Below, piece by piece: positions 17,825 through 26,366 of a stretch of 64,000 nt of DNA. Origin of the DNA: an uncultured virus (IMG/VR IMGVR_UViG_3300035191_000065) (lineage: Duplodnaviria; Heunggongvirae; Uroviricota; Caudoviricetes); the IMG/VR virus record IMGVR_UViG_3300035191_000065. The stretch is one strand, 5' to 3'. Numbering within the stretch: position 1 is the first letter of the stretch; every line of letters starts with the position of its first letter. The notes under the pieces were generated by a model. The model had not been told where the DNA came from. It saw only the letters and a list, made by a program, of their open reading frames with translations, and made no database searches. Made by a program: the position numbers and the translations under genes.

Positions 17825-20800
17825 ATGGCCAAGGGCTACGTGCTGAACACACCAAAACGCAAGAATCCCAGCAATGGGACGCGGCGCGGTGTGACCATGG
17901 TCAACCCCAGACCGCGCGCCAGTGCGTCTCGGTGGGGCCATGAGAGCATCCTTCCCCGCAGGTATTCTCGTCGTGAACGGACTCGGGCAGCATGGGAGAA
18001 CCCCTCGCCGCGAAGGAGTAGCAGGCGCTCCTCGAATCCGGTTCAGGGCAGGATCGTCGAGAGTGGAAAGTCTCCCAAGGCTCGGAAGAACTCCTCGACC
18101 AAGCAAGTGAGCGGTCGTGTGGTTCCTAATAAAAAGGCTGGATCATATGCTCGCAGAGCGAATACCGGCCGGAGAAAAAGTGTTTCCAAGAACACCGTCT
18201 CCGGCCGCGTCGTGAAGACGTCGCGTAGCGCATCTGCGAGCAAACGAGCTTCGAGCGCAAGCCCGAAGAGGAACTCCACGCGGTCGCGGCCCCAGTCCCG
18301 CAATGCCGCAGGGAAGAAGAAGTCAGTGGCAACCAAAAAGAGAGCCACGAAGCGCAAGCCCCGGAAGGTGACCGTGAAGGTTCCGGCGAAGCGCACTCGT
18401 ACAGGTAGGGTCGTCCGCAAGGCGTATACCTACAAGCGAGCAGCAAAGCCGAAGCGCAAGACGGCGACCCGGAGAAAGACGACGACTCGTCGTCGTAACC
18501 CGGCCCCGAAGCGCAACACCCGAACGGGCCGCATGGTCTCGAACAAGAAGAAGCGCATCACGGCGAACAAGACGGTTCGTTGGCGGACAGACGTCCACCC
18601 CGGCACCAAGAAGCGCGGCATCCTGGGTACGCCCATGACGATGGCTGAGCGCAAGAAGTGGACCTCTCGTGGGTTCCAGCGCGCGAAGCAGAAAGCTGAG
18701 CGTGCTCAGCGTGTCAAGGCGACGGCGGGGAAGAAACGAGCGCCAGGTGTCAAGGGCGCAGCGGCGAAGGGTCACTGGAGGCAGGGTGTCATCCACCCCG
18801 TCACCGGTCGGCTCGTCGGCGGTCGGCCCATGTCTGAGCGCGACAGCAAGCTGTTCAAGACCGACGGAACGACTCGCAAGGGAGTCGGGCCGGCGGCAGT
18901 CAACGCAGCGTATGGGCTCAAGCCCAGCGCGGCAAAAAAGGCGAAACCAACCAGGAGGAAGACCGTGGCAGCGAAGCCCAAGAAGCGGAAGACGACCGCG
19001 AAGAAGCGCCGCCGCACGACTGGGAAGCGCTACCGCGTGCGAAAGCCCAGTGGCGGCACCTATCTGCGCCGGTACCCGACCAAGCGTCGGAAGACCGCCA
19101 AGAAGAAGACCGCCCGTCGGGGCAAGACCGTCACGGTCAAAGTCCCCGCCAAGCGCTCTCGAAGCGGAAAGATCTTGCGCAAGGCCTACAGCTACAAGCG
19201 AAAGGCCACGACCACCAAGAAGCGCAAGCCGGCCAAGCGCAAGACCGCCAAGCGGAAGACCGCTCGTCGGTACCGCGTCCGCAAGCCGGGCGGCGGCACC
19301 TACATGCGCCGCTATCCGACCAAGCGTCGGAAGGCGACCAAGAAGCGCGCCACCAAGAAGACCACGCGCAGGCCGCGTCGGTACCGCGTCCGCAAGCCGG
19401 GCGGCGGCACCTACATGCGCCGCTACCCGACCAAGCGTCGGAAGGCGACCAAGAAGCGCGCCACCAAGAAGGCCAAGCGCGGCAAGGCCCGTCGGTACCG
19501 CGTCCGCAAGCCGGGCGGCGGCACCTACATGCGCCGCTACCCGCGTCGCAAGGCCAAGGGTCGCAAGCGCACCTACTCCCGCAAGCGTTCGAACGGTCGC
19601 CGCAAGGGCAAGATCGTTCGCGTGAAGGGCTACACCCGCGCCGACGGCGTGAGGGTGAAGGGCTACTCCTACCGTCTCAAGAAGACGGGAAGCCGCAAGG
19701 GCAAGATCACCCGCAACCCCTACAAGCGGTCCAAGGTCCGCGTGCATCCCTACAGCTACACGCGCCGGAAGCCGCGTCGGAAGCGCGTGAAGGTCCCCGG
19801 TGGCCGCAGGAACCAGTGGTATCCGCACCACTACGGTGGCAAGTGGATCTCGCAGGCAAAGGCCAAGAAGCTCGGCCTCCTCACCAAGCGTGAGCAGCGA
19901 GCCATGATGCGAAATGGTGGCCACGCCGCCATGGTCACGAACCCCGAAGCACTCGCCATGCTCCCGACGAGCGAGCAGCTCATGTCGGTCGGCAAGGCAG
20001 CGGGTCTCGGATTCATCGGCTTTGGCGCCGCGGTCGCTGCTGGTCGCGCTCTGACGAACGTCACCTCGATCTCTCAGCACCTCGGCAACTGGACCTCGGT
20101 CGTCGGAAACGTCGCAGCCGGTCTCGGCTTCTGGGCTCTCGCATCCTTGATGCCGGAGAACGAGAAGCTGCAGGCGATGAAGCCCTTCGTCGCAGCCGGT
20201 GCTGGTATGGCCGCGATCGTCAACATCATGCTGAACCTCGTCGCGTCCAGGACGATCCCGTCCGACTACGCTGCTTGGGTCATGCCTGGTGCTGGCGCTG
20301 CTGAGGCCGCACCAGCCGCAATCGTCGAGCCTGCCAACGGTATGCTCCCGATCGCTCCGCAGGCGATGGTCACCAACGGCAACGGCCTCGTGAACGGCAA
20401 CGGCAACGGCCTCGTGAACGGCAACGGCAACGGCCTCGTGAACGGCAACGGCATGCCGCCCGAGCTGGAGGCTGAGGGGACCGCTGGATTCGGTCAGATC
20501 GACATCTACGAGGCAGCCCTCGACGGTGTCGGTGGGATCGAGGAAGAGCTGGAGCTGGAGCTGGACCGCATGAGCGGTATGGGCGGCGACCAGGGCGGCA
20601 TCTTCGAAGGCGGCAAGGCGGGTGTTCTCTCTGGGATGGACGGTACCGGCGAGTACCTCGAAGTTCCCATGAGCGAGTACCTGGAAGTCCCGATGAGTGG
20701 GATGGGAGCCATGGTCGAAGAGGCTTTCGCCGGTGGCGGAAGCGGCGGTGTCAGCGAGTACCTCGAAGTTCCGATGAGTGAGTACCTGGAAGTCCCGATG

Positions 20801-21340
20801 TCGGGCATGGGCGCTCAGGTCGAGGAAGCCTACGCTGGGATGGGAGCCATGGTCGAAGAGGCATACGCCGGCACCGGCGAGTACCTCGAAGTTCCCATGA
20901 GCGGCATGGGTGCGATGGTCGAAGAGGCCTACGCGGGCATGGGCCAGGAGCCCTCCGTCGCGGCCGTCGAACAGAGCATCCGAACGCGTCCGCTGATGCC
21001 TGGCTTCAAGCAGGCCGTCGCCAAGATGGTCCGGGAGCGCATCGCTGCCGGTCTTCCTCTCGATGACGCGTTCTACTCGAAGCTCGGCCGAGCAGCCGCT
21101 GGCCTCGCTCGCAAGAAGTTCGCTCAGCGGGTTCGCCAGGTATCGGGTCGACCAGGTCACCTCCCGATGGAACCCTGGAAGCCCCCGCTGCTTCGCAGGT
21201 CGGCTCCCATGTACCGACGTCCCGTCCACGACCCGGCGCCCGGTCGAGTCCCTGGCGTGGCAGAGCCGATTCCGACTCACGGCCCCAAGGGCGGTGACGA
21301 GGGGATCTTCACAAGCGGTGAGGAAGAGGGAATCTTCTAG
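17825..21340 (+). CDS. Giant Lys/Arg-rich putative DNA-condensing core protein or polyprotein, with membrane segment and acidic repeat tail
   Basis: About 690 aa of K/R-rich sequence with repeated NP/N motifs, three hydrophobic helices, NG repeats, EYLEVPMS/GMG repeats; strong C/G third-position bias. Confidence 0.75.
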   Translation: MAKGYVLNTPKRKNPSNGTRRGVTMVNPRPRASASRWGHESILPRRYSRRERTRAAWENPSPRRSSRRSSNPVQGRIVESGKSPKARKNSSTKQVSGRVVPNKKAGSYARRANTGRRKSVSKNTVSGRVVKTSRSASASKRASSASPKRNSTRSRPQSRNAAGKKKSVATKKRATKRKPRKVTVKVPAKRTRTGRVVRKAYTYKRAAKPKRKTATRRKTTTRRRNPAPKRNTRTGRMVSNKKKRITANKTVRWRTDVHPGTKKRGILGTPMTMAERKKWTSRGFQRAKQKAERAQRVKATAGKKRAPGVKGAAAKGHWRQGVIHPVTGRLVGGRPMSERDSKLFKTDGTTRKGVGPAAVNAAYGLKPSAAKKAKPTRRKTVAAKPKKRKTTAKKRRRTTGKRYRVRKPSGGTYLRRYPTKRRKTAKKKTARRGKTVTVKVPAKRSRSGKILRKAYSYKRKATTTKKRKPAKRKTAKRKTARRYRVRKPGGGTYMRRYPTKRRKATKKRATKKTTRRPRRYRVRKPGGGTYMRRYPTKRRKATKKRATKKAKRGKARRYRVRKPGGGTYMRRYPRRKAKGRKRTYSRKRSNGRRKGKIVRVKGYTRADGVRVKGYSYRLKKTGSRKGKITRNPYKRSKVRVHPYSYTRRKPRRKRVKVPGGRRNQWYPHHYGGKWISQAKAKKLGLLTKREQRAMMRNGGHAAMVTNPEALAMLPTSEQLMSVGKAAGLGFIGFGAAVAAGRALTNVTSISQHLGNWTSVVGNVAAGLGFWALASLMPENEKLQAMKPFVAAGAGMAAIVNIMLNLVASRTIPSDYAAWVMPGAGAAEAAPAAIVEPANGMLPIAPQAMVTNGNGLVNGNGNGLVNGNGNGLVNGNGMPPELEAEGTAGFGQIDIYEAALDGVGGIEEELELELDRMSGMGGDQGGIFEGGKAGVLSGMDGTGEYLEVPMSEYLEVPMSGMGAMVEEAFAGGGSGGVSEYLEVPMSEYLEVPMSGMGAQVEEAYAGMGAMVEEAYAGTGEYLEVPMSGMGAMVEEAYAGMGQEPSVAAVEQSIRTRPLMPGFKQAVAKMVRERIAAGLPLDDAFYSKLGRAAAGLARKKFAQRVRQVSGRPGHLPMEPWKPPLLRRSAPMYRRPVHDPAPGRVPGVAEPIPTHGPKGGDEGIFTSGEEEGIF
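19022..19545 (+). repeat. Coding repeats of RRYRVRKPGGGTYMRRYP
   Basis: Near-identical nucleotide copies at 19265, 19376 and 19490; a diverged copy near 19028. Confidence 0.9.
20375..20452 (+). repeat. Tandem coding repeat (NGNGNGLV)n
   Basis: aacggc(aacggc)aacggcctcgtg repeated three times. Confidence 0.9.
20645..20945 (+). repeat. Coding repeats EYLEVPMS and GMGAMVEEAYA
   Basis: Five EYLEVPM units and four (M/Q)VEEA(F/Y)A units. Confidence 0.9.
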
Positions 21341-21528
21341 CTGATCGTCATCATGGTCTCGGGGATAGGGACGTGCACCCCGAAAAGCGGTTTCTCCGAC
21401 CGCCTTCCCCGAGGCCTTGAACATTATTTCGGAGTGTTTGGCCCCGCGGAGAGGGGTAGCAGGTAAGACAGCGGGACGACCACCCGCTAGGCCCGCAAGG
21501 GCTGAATCAAAACGGGAGGAGAAAAGAC
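21341..21528 (+). other. Structured intergenic RNA / 5' leader of the candidate capsid gene
   Basis: Consecutive hairpins: cccc/gggg 21442-21456, agcggg/cccgct 21470-21488, gccc-GCAA-gggc 21491-21502. Confidence 0.5.
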
Positions 21529-22176
21529 ATGCCTGCAATCGTTGGCGTCATCGAGCGTCTGCATCAGCCCCTGTACGACACCCTCTGCCGAGGCGTGTCG
21601 GACGCGACCACGAACATCGGCCCGAACGGTCAGCCGGTGAGCACCCAGACCCGTCTGTTCTCGGGGACAAACCTCGGTAACAGGGCCTGGACCAACATGA
21701 AGATCGCCGGTCAGCTCGTCGCCGACCGGACCTTCAAGATCAAGGCGCTCCGCTGCCTCACGCACTTCCGTGCGGGTGAGCTGACGTCCGGCTTGGTCGG
21801 ATCGCCGGCCTACTACGTCCACAGGCTGTACCTGCAGTGCCAGGCCCAGCTCTTCTGGACGGTCGCCATCGGCGACAAGCCGCAGTTCGTGTCGGGCACC
21901 CACTACGTGCCCATGGCAGCCGGCATCTACGGCGACATCGGTGGGGACACCTCGCTTGTCCTCATCAACAACGGCGTGCCCAGCCACTCGGCTCTGCTTC
22001 GCCTCGGTCGCCCGATCGCCGTCCCGCCCCGCCAGGGTATCGAAGTTCTCGCAGAGGTCTTCCCCATGGCGAACACCGCGGACCACGACCTGGTGCAGGC
22101 ACTGAATCTCGAAGACGACATCGCCAAGGATATCAAGTACTTCCTTGACGGTCTCGGAACTCGCGAGGTTCAGTAG
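21529..22176 (+). CDS. Candidate major capsid protein (single jelly-roll type)
   Basis: 215 aa, beta-strand-like pattern, no TM, strongest C/G codon bias in the window, GGGAG RBS, flanked by hairpins, directly after the core gene. The fold is inferred. Confidence 0.55.
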   Translation: MPAIVGVIERLHQPLYDTLCRGVSDATTNIGPNGQPVSTQTRLFSGTNLGNRAWTNMKIAGQLVADRTFKIKALRCLTHFRAGELTSGLVGSPAYYVHRLYLQCQAQLFWTVAIGDKPQFVSGTHYVPMAAGIYGDIGGDTSLVLINNGVPSHSALLRLGRPIAVPPRQGIEVLAEVFPMANTADHDLVQALNLEDDIAKDIKYFLDGLGTREVQ

Positions 22177-22368
22177 GGATTTCAAGGGGTTAGAGCCCCT
22201 TAGAGTCTCTGACGCGAAAAAGTGAGGTGACGCCCCTCTCGTCCTGGTGACGGGAGGGGCTGATACCCATCATTGTCCTGGCCGGTCTGTGCGGCAATCT
22301 TAACATCGTTCCGGCCAGAGGCGGCTCGCAATGAGCTGTTACCCCGTTCATGACGGGAGGTTGGAAGG
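22177..22368 (+). other. Structured intergenic RNA (attenuator/stabiliser-like hairpins)
   Basis: aagggg/cccctt 22184-22201; 12-bp stem 22232-22260; ctggccgg/ccggccag 22278-22318; two more small stems, the last covering GGGAGG. Confidence 0.55.
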
Positions 22369-23139
22369 ATGCCAAACAACAACGGAAAGCGGCGAGTTAT
22401 TGCACCTGAGGTCGCGTTCGAACTGCGCAAGCTTCAGGGGCAGATCGATGAGGCTGTTGTCGAAAACCAGCGCCTTTCTGCCGAGCTGGCGGATGAACGG
22501 AAGGCTCGCGAGACGCTGGAGCGCCAAGAAGTTCACATCGACGACATGCCTGGCAAGCAACTCCCGTACAAGTATCAGATCAACATCAACCTGCCAGGTG
22601 GGTCTCAGGCTCCCGTGACGGGGACGGTGAACGTCAGCCGAGACGGTCCATTCATCGCCCGAAGACTGTTTGCTTCGCTCATCTACACCGAAGCCCCATC
22701 GTTGGAGGTGATCGGTCTCGGAACAGCGGACTATACCGACTTTATCGGTCGGTTTGCACCTGTCACTTCGAGGGTTGAGTACTTCAACTGGGCACGTGAC
22801 GCAGCTCAGCTTGCGTTCAGTACCGGTACACCTCCATTCGATGGCTACATAGCGCCGCCTCTCGATTTCGAGTGGCAGTACAGCGATGGCGGAAGCGAGC
22901 GAAACCGTCAGGACAAGCCTATCAGCGGGGATATCCTGTTTCGCCGTGACGACGACGGATATTTCATGAACAATGAAATCTTCGCTGCCGGCACGACGAT
23001 CAGCTTCATCTGCAACCCCCTCAGAGCTGTTCCAATCCTTTCGATCGGGTCGGGTGAAGAAATCGATTCAGGTCCCGTCAACCTTCAGCTCAAGATTACA
23101 TTCGACGGCTTCAAGGTGCTGCAGCCGCTGGAGATGTAG
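22369..23139 (+). CDS. Candidate minor capsid protein (N-terminal coiled coil and beta domain)
   Basis: Beta-rich; ends LKITFDGFK, echoing IKYFLDGLG of the preceding gene. Confidence 0.5.
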   Translation: MPNNNGKRRVIAPEVAFELRKLQGQIDEAVVENQRLSAELADERKARETLERQEVHIDDMPGKQLPYKYQININLPGGSQAPVTGTVNVSRDGPFIARRLFASLIYTEAPSLEVIGLGTADYTDFIGRFAPVTSRVEYFNWARDAAQLAFSTGTPPFDGYIAPPLDFEWQYSDGGSERNRQDKPISGDILFRRDDDGYFMNNEIFAAGTTISFICNPLRAVPILSIGSGEEIDSGPVNLQLKITFDGFKVLQPLEM

Positions 23140-23142
23140 TCG

Positions 23143-23829
23143 ATGGGTGGCGGACGAAAAAAGCGCCACGGTATTCCGATCGGGCCATTGGTCAGGCGCG
23201 ACCACAAAGAACCCGGTGTGATCAATCCCCAGGTTCGGGAGAAGGTCTATGGACTGGACCCGGATATGCTCAGGGCGAAGCCTATCAGCGGCGGCAAAAA
23301 AGATGCCCGTCGTGTCAGGCTGGTTAAGGACTTCTATTCCCGTCTTCAAGACGAGCAGATAGTCTTCGTCGATCTCACCGACGAGGTCGAGTTCAGCACA
23401 GTCCCTCTGGGGCGGCGATTCCCCATACTCAGCTTCAATGTGCCTTCCGATCGGACCCTCGTCATCGACAACATGTACTTCTTCGCCAAAGCTGCTTTCG
23501 GTCTTGGTGAGCTGCTCCCCCCCGGGGTCATCGAGGGGTCGGTTCAATGCTTCTTCGAGATAGGTGAGGTAGTGCCAGTCGAAATTCGTTCGACAAGGGT
23601 GCAGCCGCTTTTGCCTGCTGAAGACAGAGCTTACTTCCCGTTTTTGGGTGATCGCGTTGGTTCCCGTGAGGTGGAGTTCTCTCTTTATGCGAAGTCAGGG
23701 CGAGAGGTGGAAGCCTACTATATCAACAGGGCAGTCTCGCCAGTTCCCATTGGCACCGTTGGCTTTCGTGTTGAGGGATGGCTCATCGACTCGAACATTA
23801 TCGAGGAGATCTTGGAGCAGCAACGATGA
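23143..23829 (+). CDS. Candidate minor capsid/vertex protein
   Basis: Basic N-terminus, beta-rich domain ending VGFRVEGWL. Confidence 0.45.
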   Translation: MGGGRKKRHGIPIGPLVRRDHKEPGVINPQVREKVYGLDPDMLRAKPISGGKKDARRVRLVKDFYSRLQDEQIVFVDLTDEVEFSTVPLGRRFPILSFNVPSDRTLVIDNMYFFAKAAFGLGELLPPGVIEGSVQCFFEIGEVVPVEIRSTRVQPLLPAEDRAYFPFLGDRVGSREVEFSLYAKSGREVEAYYINRAVSPVPIGTVGFRVEGWLIDSNIIEEILEQQR

Positions 23830-24722
23830 CACAGCCTCAATTCATGCAAGAACAAATGGCGATGGCATCTCCTGAGCAAGAAAGGGAGATGCGCGACACC
23901 ATTGCGAAGGTTCGCGCAGTCATTGCACGCTTTCACAAGCTTCGCCGCAAGAACAACGAGCGCGCTGCAGGGATGCGAGCAGCGATGATGACGCCGCAGC
24001 AGGTCCAGATGGTTCTGCGTTCGAATCGAGACCCTCAGATGGAGCAGAGAGCTGTCGAACAGCTTCGGCAGTTCTTGTCGGTGCTCAGGGGTCACGAGCC
24101 GTCTCGCCAAGAGATGCAAGCCGGTATTCCAGAAGGTCTTGAAGAACAGCTCCCCATGGGGGGAGTGCCATTCGCCGTGGCGGCAGTGGCGATCTCAATC
24201 GGCGCTGGTGTCTTCTCTGTGTTCGACTATCTGACAACCATCGAGGAGGGGAACCAGCAGCAGACGGCCACGCCTCTAGAGAGAGGGCTCCAGGCACTCA
24301 GTGACAACATCTGGGGCGTCGCGGCTGTTGGAGCCGTCGGCCTCGGTGGTCTTGTGTACTACCGGACCACCAAAGCGGCGGAGCAGAAGCGAGAGGTCGA
24401 GCTGGAGCGTGTTCGCGTGATGGGAAAGGCCGTCGGCAAGGCCATGCGCGAAGAGTCGGAGCTGCGGAAAAATCCAGAAGAAGAAACTCTGACGGAGAAG
24501 GTCACTGGCTTTGTCAAAAACGCTCTTTTCCCGCCCGAAAGAAATCCGGGACTCAGCCCTGGCGAGAAGCTCGCCGCTCAGCTCGAAAACCTGTCAGATG
24601 ATGAGCAAGACAGGTTCTTCGCAACCGTGAACGGCGAGAAGATCGAAGAGCTGGAAGAGGAAGAGCCTGAAGAGAATCCAGCTCCTGAGGAGAATGACGA
24701 GGAGGAAGAGAGCGAAGAATAA
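23826..24722 (+). CDS. Two-TM protein with NP-punctuated acidic tail
   Basis: Start reassigned to MTQPQF; PMGG before TM1; RKNP, ERNP, EENP. Confidence 0.75.
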   Translation: MTQPQFMQEQMAMASPEQEREMRDTIAKVRAVIARFHKLRRKNNERAAGMRAAMMTPQQVQMVLRSNRDPQMEQRAVEQLRQFLSVLRGHEPSRQEMQAGIPEGLEEQLPMGGVPFAVAAVAISIGAGVFSVFDYLTTIEEGNQQQTATPLERGLQALSDNIWGVAAVGAVGLGGLVYYRTTKAAEQKREVELERVRVMGKAVGKAMREESELRKNPEEETLTEKVTGFVKNALFPPERNPGLSPGEKLAAQLENLSDDEQDRFFATVNGEKIEELEEEEPEENPAPEENDEEEESEE

Positions 24723-24875
24723 GACCCGAGTGTTGCGGGGTGTTATCAAGGGTGTCCTGGGTCAATATACGAGACCAGGGTGCTTAAATAAAAGAAGGAG
24801 GGTAACCTTGAGTCTTATGGGGCCGGCCCCTGACACCCTTGCTAATGCTTCGCAGCATCGGAGAGTTACGAAGTA

Positions 24876-26366
24876 ATGTCCAAGCGTCAGACAACATTTA
24901 CGCCACCACGGGGAGAGGATGGAACCTTTCTACCTCGTGAGTTGTGGAGCAAGAAGGATCAGCGCACGTTCGACCGCCTGAAAAGGGAAGGTGCGTTCAA
25001 GAATCCAGTCGTCAAGAAGAAGGGAAAGCGCCGCAAGACGACTAAGGACGTTTGGATTCCTCCTCAGGATCCTGAGACCGGACAGTTCCTTCCCATGGAT
25101 GAGTGGAGCGCTTCCGAGCGGAGGGCCTATGAGAGTGCTCTTGAAGAGGGCATCGTTCCGGGCACCAAGGTCAGGCGCAGTAAGGAATCCGGTCAGTTTG
25201 TTTCCAAGTCAGGGAAACGTCGCCGAAAGAAGACCTCGAAGTCCGAGCGCCGTGAGACTCGTCGGCGAACTGAGCGTCTTGACGACGATATCCGTAAGGA
25301 TATTCGTCGACTAGAAGCCCTGGTTGCTGAAGCCCTGATCGACCGGAATGAAGATGAAGAAGAGACGGTGCGTGAAGTCATCGTCGTGCCCCAGAGGCGC
25401 AAGCGCAAGAAGGTTGAGCGTGTCTTTGTGGTGCCGGACCAGGTCCATGCGGACGAACAGGAATATGAAGACAGGCAGCTCTCCCTGGATATTGATGAGG
25501 TAGGAATCGCTCCGGAGGCTTGCGATCCCTGTCAGTTCAAAATTTTAGAGGAGACACAGAGAGTTGGTCGTCTGTGCGAGGCGAGTCTTCAGGACGTTCG
25601 CCCAATGGTGCGGAATCGAGAGCTGGCAGAACGACGTTTGAGCCGGGCGATGATGTACAACCGCCCGCGGACGCTTGCTCAACGTTTCGTCGAGATTGTT
25701 GACTTTTTCAAGGAAAGGCCGCTTATCGCGCTGCTTGGCGCAGGAGCGATGGTGCTGTTGGGTTATGCGATTTACCGCATCGTCAAGACAGCGCAGAGTA
25801 GCTTCTCTTCTGGGGCTCAAATCGTCAATGGCGTCATGCACTTCCCCGGCGAAGCTCCGTACCAGATTACTCAGGACGACATGCTCTGGCTGGCGCGCTC
25901 CATCTGGGGAGAGGTCAGCAGGACACCGTCGGCCTGGAGTCAGAGCGATGTTCAGCAGGGTGCGTCGGCGGTGTTGTGGGCCTACGCGAACCACTACATG
26001 ACAGTTGGGCAGAAGCGTCAGCTTTATCCGACACTTGGGTCATTCGTTCAGGCCTATTCGCAGCCAATTAACCCGGCGTGGGTAGATCCAAACTCTGGGC
26101 GCTGTCCGAGTAGCCCCGACATGTGTACTCCAGAGAGAGTTGCTTTTCGGCGTGCGCTTCGATCGAAGCCCTGGACGGATTTTCCACCTGCGCTGACGAA
26201 TCTAGTGCAGCGGTTCGTCGCTGGCCAGGTGCCGAATCCTATCGGAACGAGGACTGACTTCCGTGCGGCCGGAACGGGTCTGGAGGGCTCGGCCGATGCC
26301 GTGAACGTGGCTGGAAACATCTTTATCACAGCGGACAACGCACGACGACGATCGGCGGTGGCTTGA
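24876..26366 (+). CDS. Modular protein: basic repeats, TM, SleB/Hydrolase_2-like cell-wall hydrolase domain
   Basis: DDMLWLARSIWGE matches the D..LAR.I..E catalytic helix pattern; C-terminal VAGNIF. Confidence 0.6.
   Translation: MSKRQTTFTPPRGEDGTFLPRELWSKKDQRTFDRLKREGAFKNPVVKKKGKRRKTTKDVWIPPQDPETGQFLPMDEWSASERRAYESALEEGIVPGTKVRRSKESGQFVSKSGKRRRKKTSKSERRETRRRTERLDDDIRKDIRRLEALVAEALIDRNEDEEETVREVIVVPQRRKRKKVERVFVVPDQVHADEQEYEDRQLSLDIDEVGIAPEACDPCQFKILEETQRVGRLCEASLQDVRPMVRNRELAERRLSRAMMYNRPRTLAQRFVEIVDFFKERPLIALLGAGAMVLLGYAIYRIVKTAQSSFSSGAQIVNGVMHFPGEAPYQITQDDMLWLARSIWGEVSRTPSAWSQSDVQQGASAVLWAYANHYMTVGQKRQLYPTLGSFVQAYSQPINPAWVDPNSGRCPSSPDMCTPERVAFRRALRSKPWTDFPPALTNLVQRFVAGQVPNPIGTRTDFRAAGTGLEGSADAVNVAGNIFITADNARRRSAVA

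Noticed and set aside
19022..19545. Regularly spaced DNA repeats resembling a CRISPR array
   Set aside because: Repeats are in-frame coding units longer than 50 bp with related intervening sequence; no cas genes.
17825..19900. True histone or HU homolog
   Set aside because: Only compositional K/R/A/T similarity; no histone fold or HU signature recognised.
18323..21538. 1071-aa minus-strand ORF
   Set aside because: Antisense shadow of the strongly C/G-biased plus-strand core gene; no motifs, and every credible gene in the window is on the plus strand.
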